A stretch of 64,000 nucleotides of DNA. It comes from Clostridia bacterium. GTDB taxonomy: Bacteria; Bacillota; Clostridia; RGIG6154. The stretch is taken from assembly GCA_045589295.1 (NCBI GenBank), contig JAZNOU010000002.1, positions 17,283 to 81,282 on the forward strand, given 5' to 3'. How positions within the stretch are numbered: the first letter of the stretch is position 1; every line of letters starts with the position of its first letter. The translations under genes and the position numbers were made by a program. Positions 63,636-64,000 of the stretch are shown here, in pieces. The notes under the pieces were generated by a model. It saw only the letters and a list, made by a program, of their open reading frames with translations. It had not been told where the DNA came from and did not search any database.

Positions 63636-64000
63636 ATGAAAAAGATATTGCCTGTTTTAGTATTTTTGTTGGTACTTACATTTGCATTTTCTGCTTTTGC
63701 AGATTACCAAACTGTAGAAGTTTATGTTAATGGCGACATTTTGGTGGCGGATAGCCCTGCTATTTTAGTTGGGTCAAGAACTATGGTTCCGCTTCGCGCA
63801 ATAAGTGAAAAGTTAGGTTGTGATGTGAGTTGGGATGATAAAACTCAGACTGCGGAAATTAAAAATAATAAAACTGCGGTTTATGTTACAATAGACAGTG
63901 ACATAATGGTGAAAAAAGATGTTAAGGCAGGTAAAAGTGAAAATATAAGAATTGATGCACCTGCAATGCTTTACAAATCAAGAACAATGATACCTCTAAG
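63636..64000 (+). CDS. Secreted protein with a copper-amine-oxidase-N-terminal-like ('stalk') domain; 3'-truncated by the window edge
   Basis: ATG at 63636 with RBS AAGGGGA. Signal peptide MKKILPVLVFLLVLTFAFSAFA. VNGDILVADSPAILVGSRTMVPLRAISEKLGCDVSWD is the typical Cu_amine_oxidN1 repeat. Confidence 0.65.
   Translation, partial: MKKILPVLVFLLVLTFAFSAFADYQTVEVYVNGDILVADSPAILVGSRTMVPLRAISEKLGCDVSWDDKTQTAEIKNNKTAVYVTIDSDIMVKKDVKAGKSENIRIDAPAMLYKSRTMIPL

Overview
This looks like a low-GC, AT-rich (judged by eye) chromosomal segment from an endospore-forming Clostridia-type Firmicute. Sporulation genes spoVT, sigG and dpaA/dpaB are present, along with two SLH-domain wall proteins. The first ~4 kb is the right-hand end of an integrated mobile element, with a TnpW-like small protein and a 543-aa large serine recombinase. 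The rest is mostly housekeeping:
- Cell envelope: murD, murC, ftsE/ftsX with an EnvC-like M23 peptidase and CtpA, lgt, and two LCP paralogs.
- Peptidases: three M42 paralogs, an M16 pair and HtrA.
- Translation and RNA: alaS, dtd, rnhA, mtaB, rlmB and ychF.
- Amino-acid metabolism: hom, lysC, and an iorA/iorB/paaK arylacetate cluster.
- A RelQ-type small alarmone synthetase.
- Eight tRNA genes in four small operons, each behind a near-consensus TTGACA-17-TAnnnT promoter.

I saw no rRNA, CRISPR array or recognisable defence system.

The most unusual signal is at two tRNA loci, tRNA-Asn and tRNA-Glu. Each sits next to a partial copy of itself fused to a non-coding insert of roughly 110-125 nt. 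The two inserts share a 29-nt core (CGACCGC-YGCC-NNN-GGCR-GAARAAGGGAG), and two helices in them show compensatory base changes between the copies. That suggests either a structured tRNA-associated RNA or miniature mobile module, or related att-site relics. Other items worth a second look:
- A full-length P-type ATPase homolog with every catalytic motif degenerate (DKTGT is GKTGV).
- A catalytically dead third M42 paralog translationally coupled to murD.
- Face-to-face consensus promoters inside the mobile element.
- An 11-bp perfect palindrome bracketing the -10 of the histidinol-phosphatase promoter.
- An orphan atypical response regulator.

All calls rest on reading the sequence and recalling protein families. 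No database search was run.
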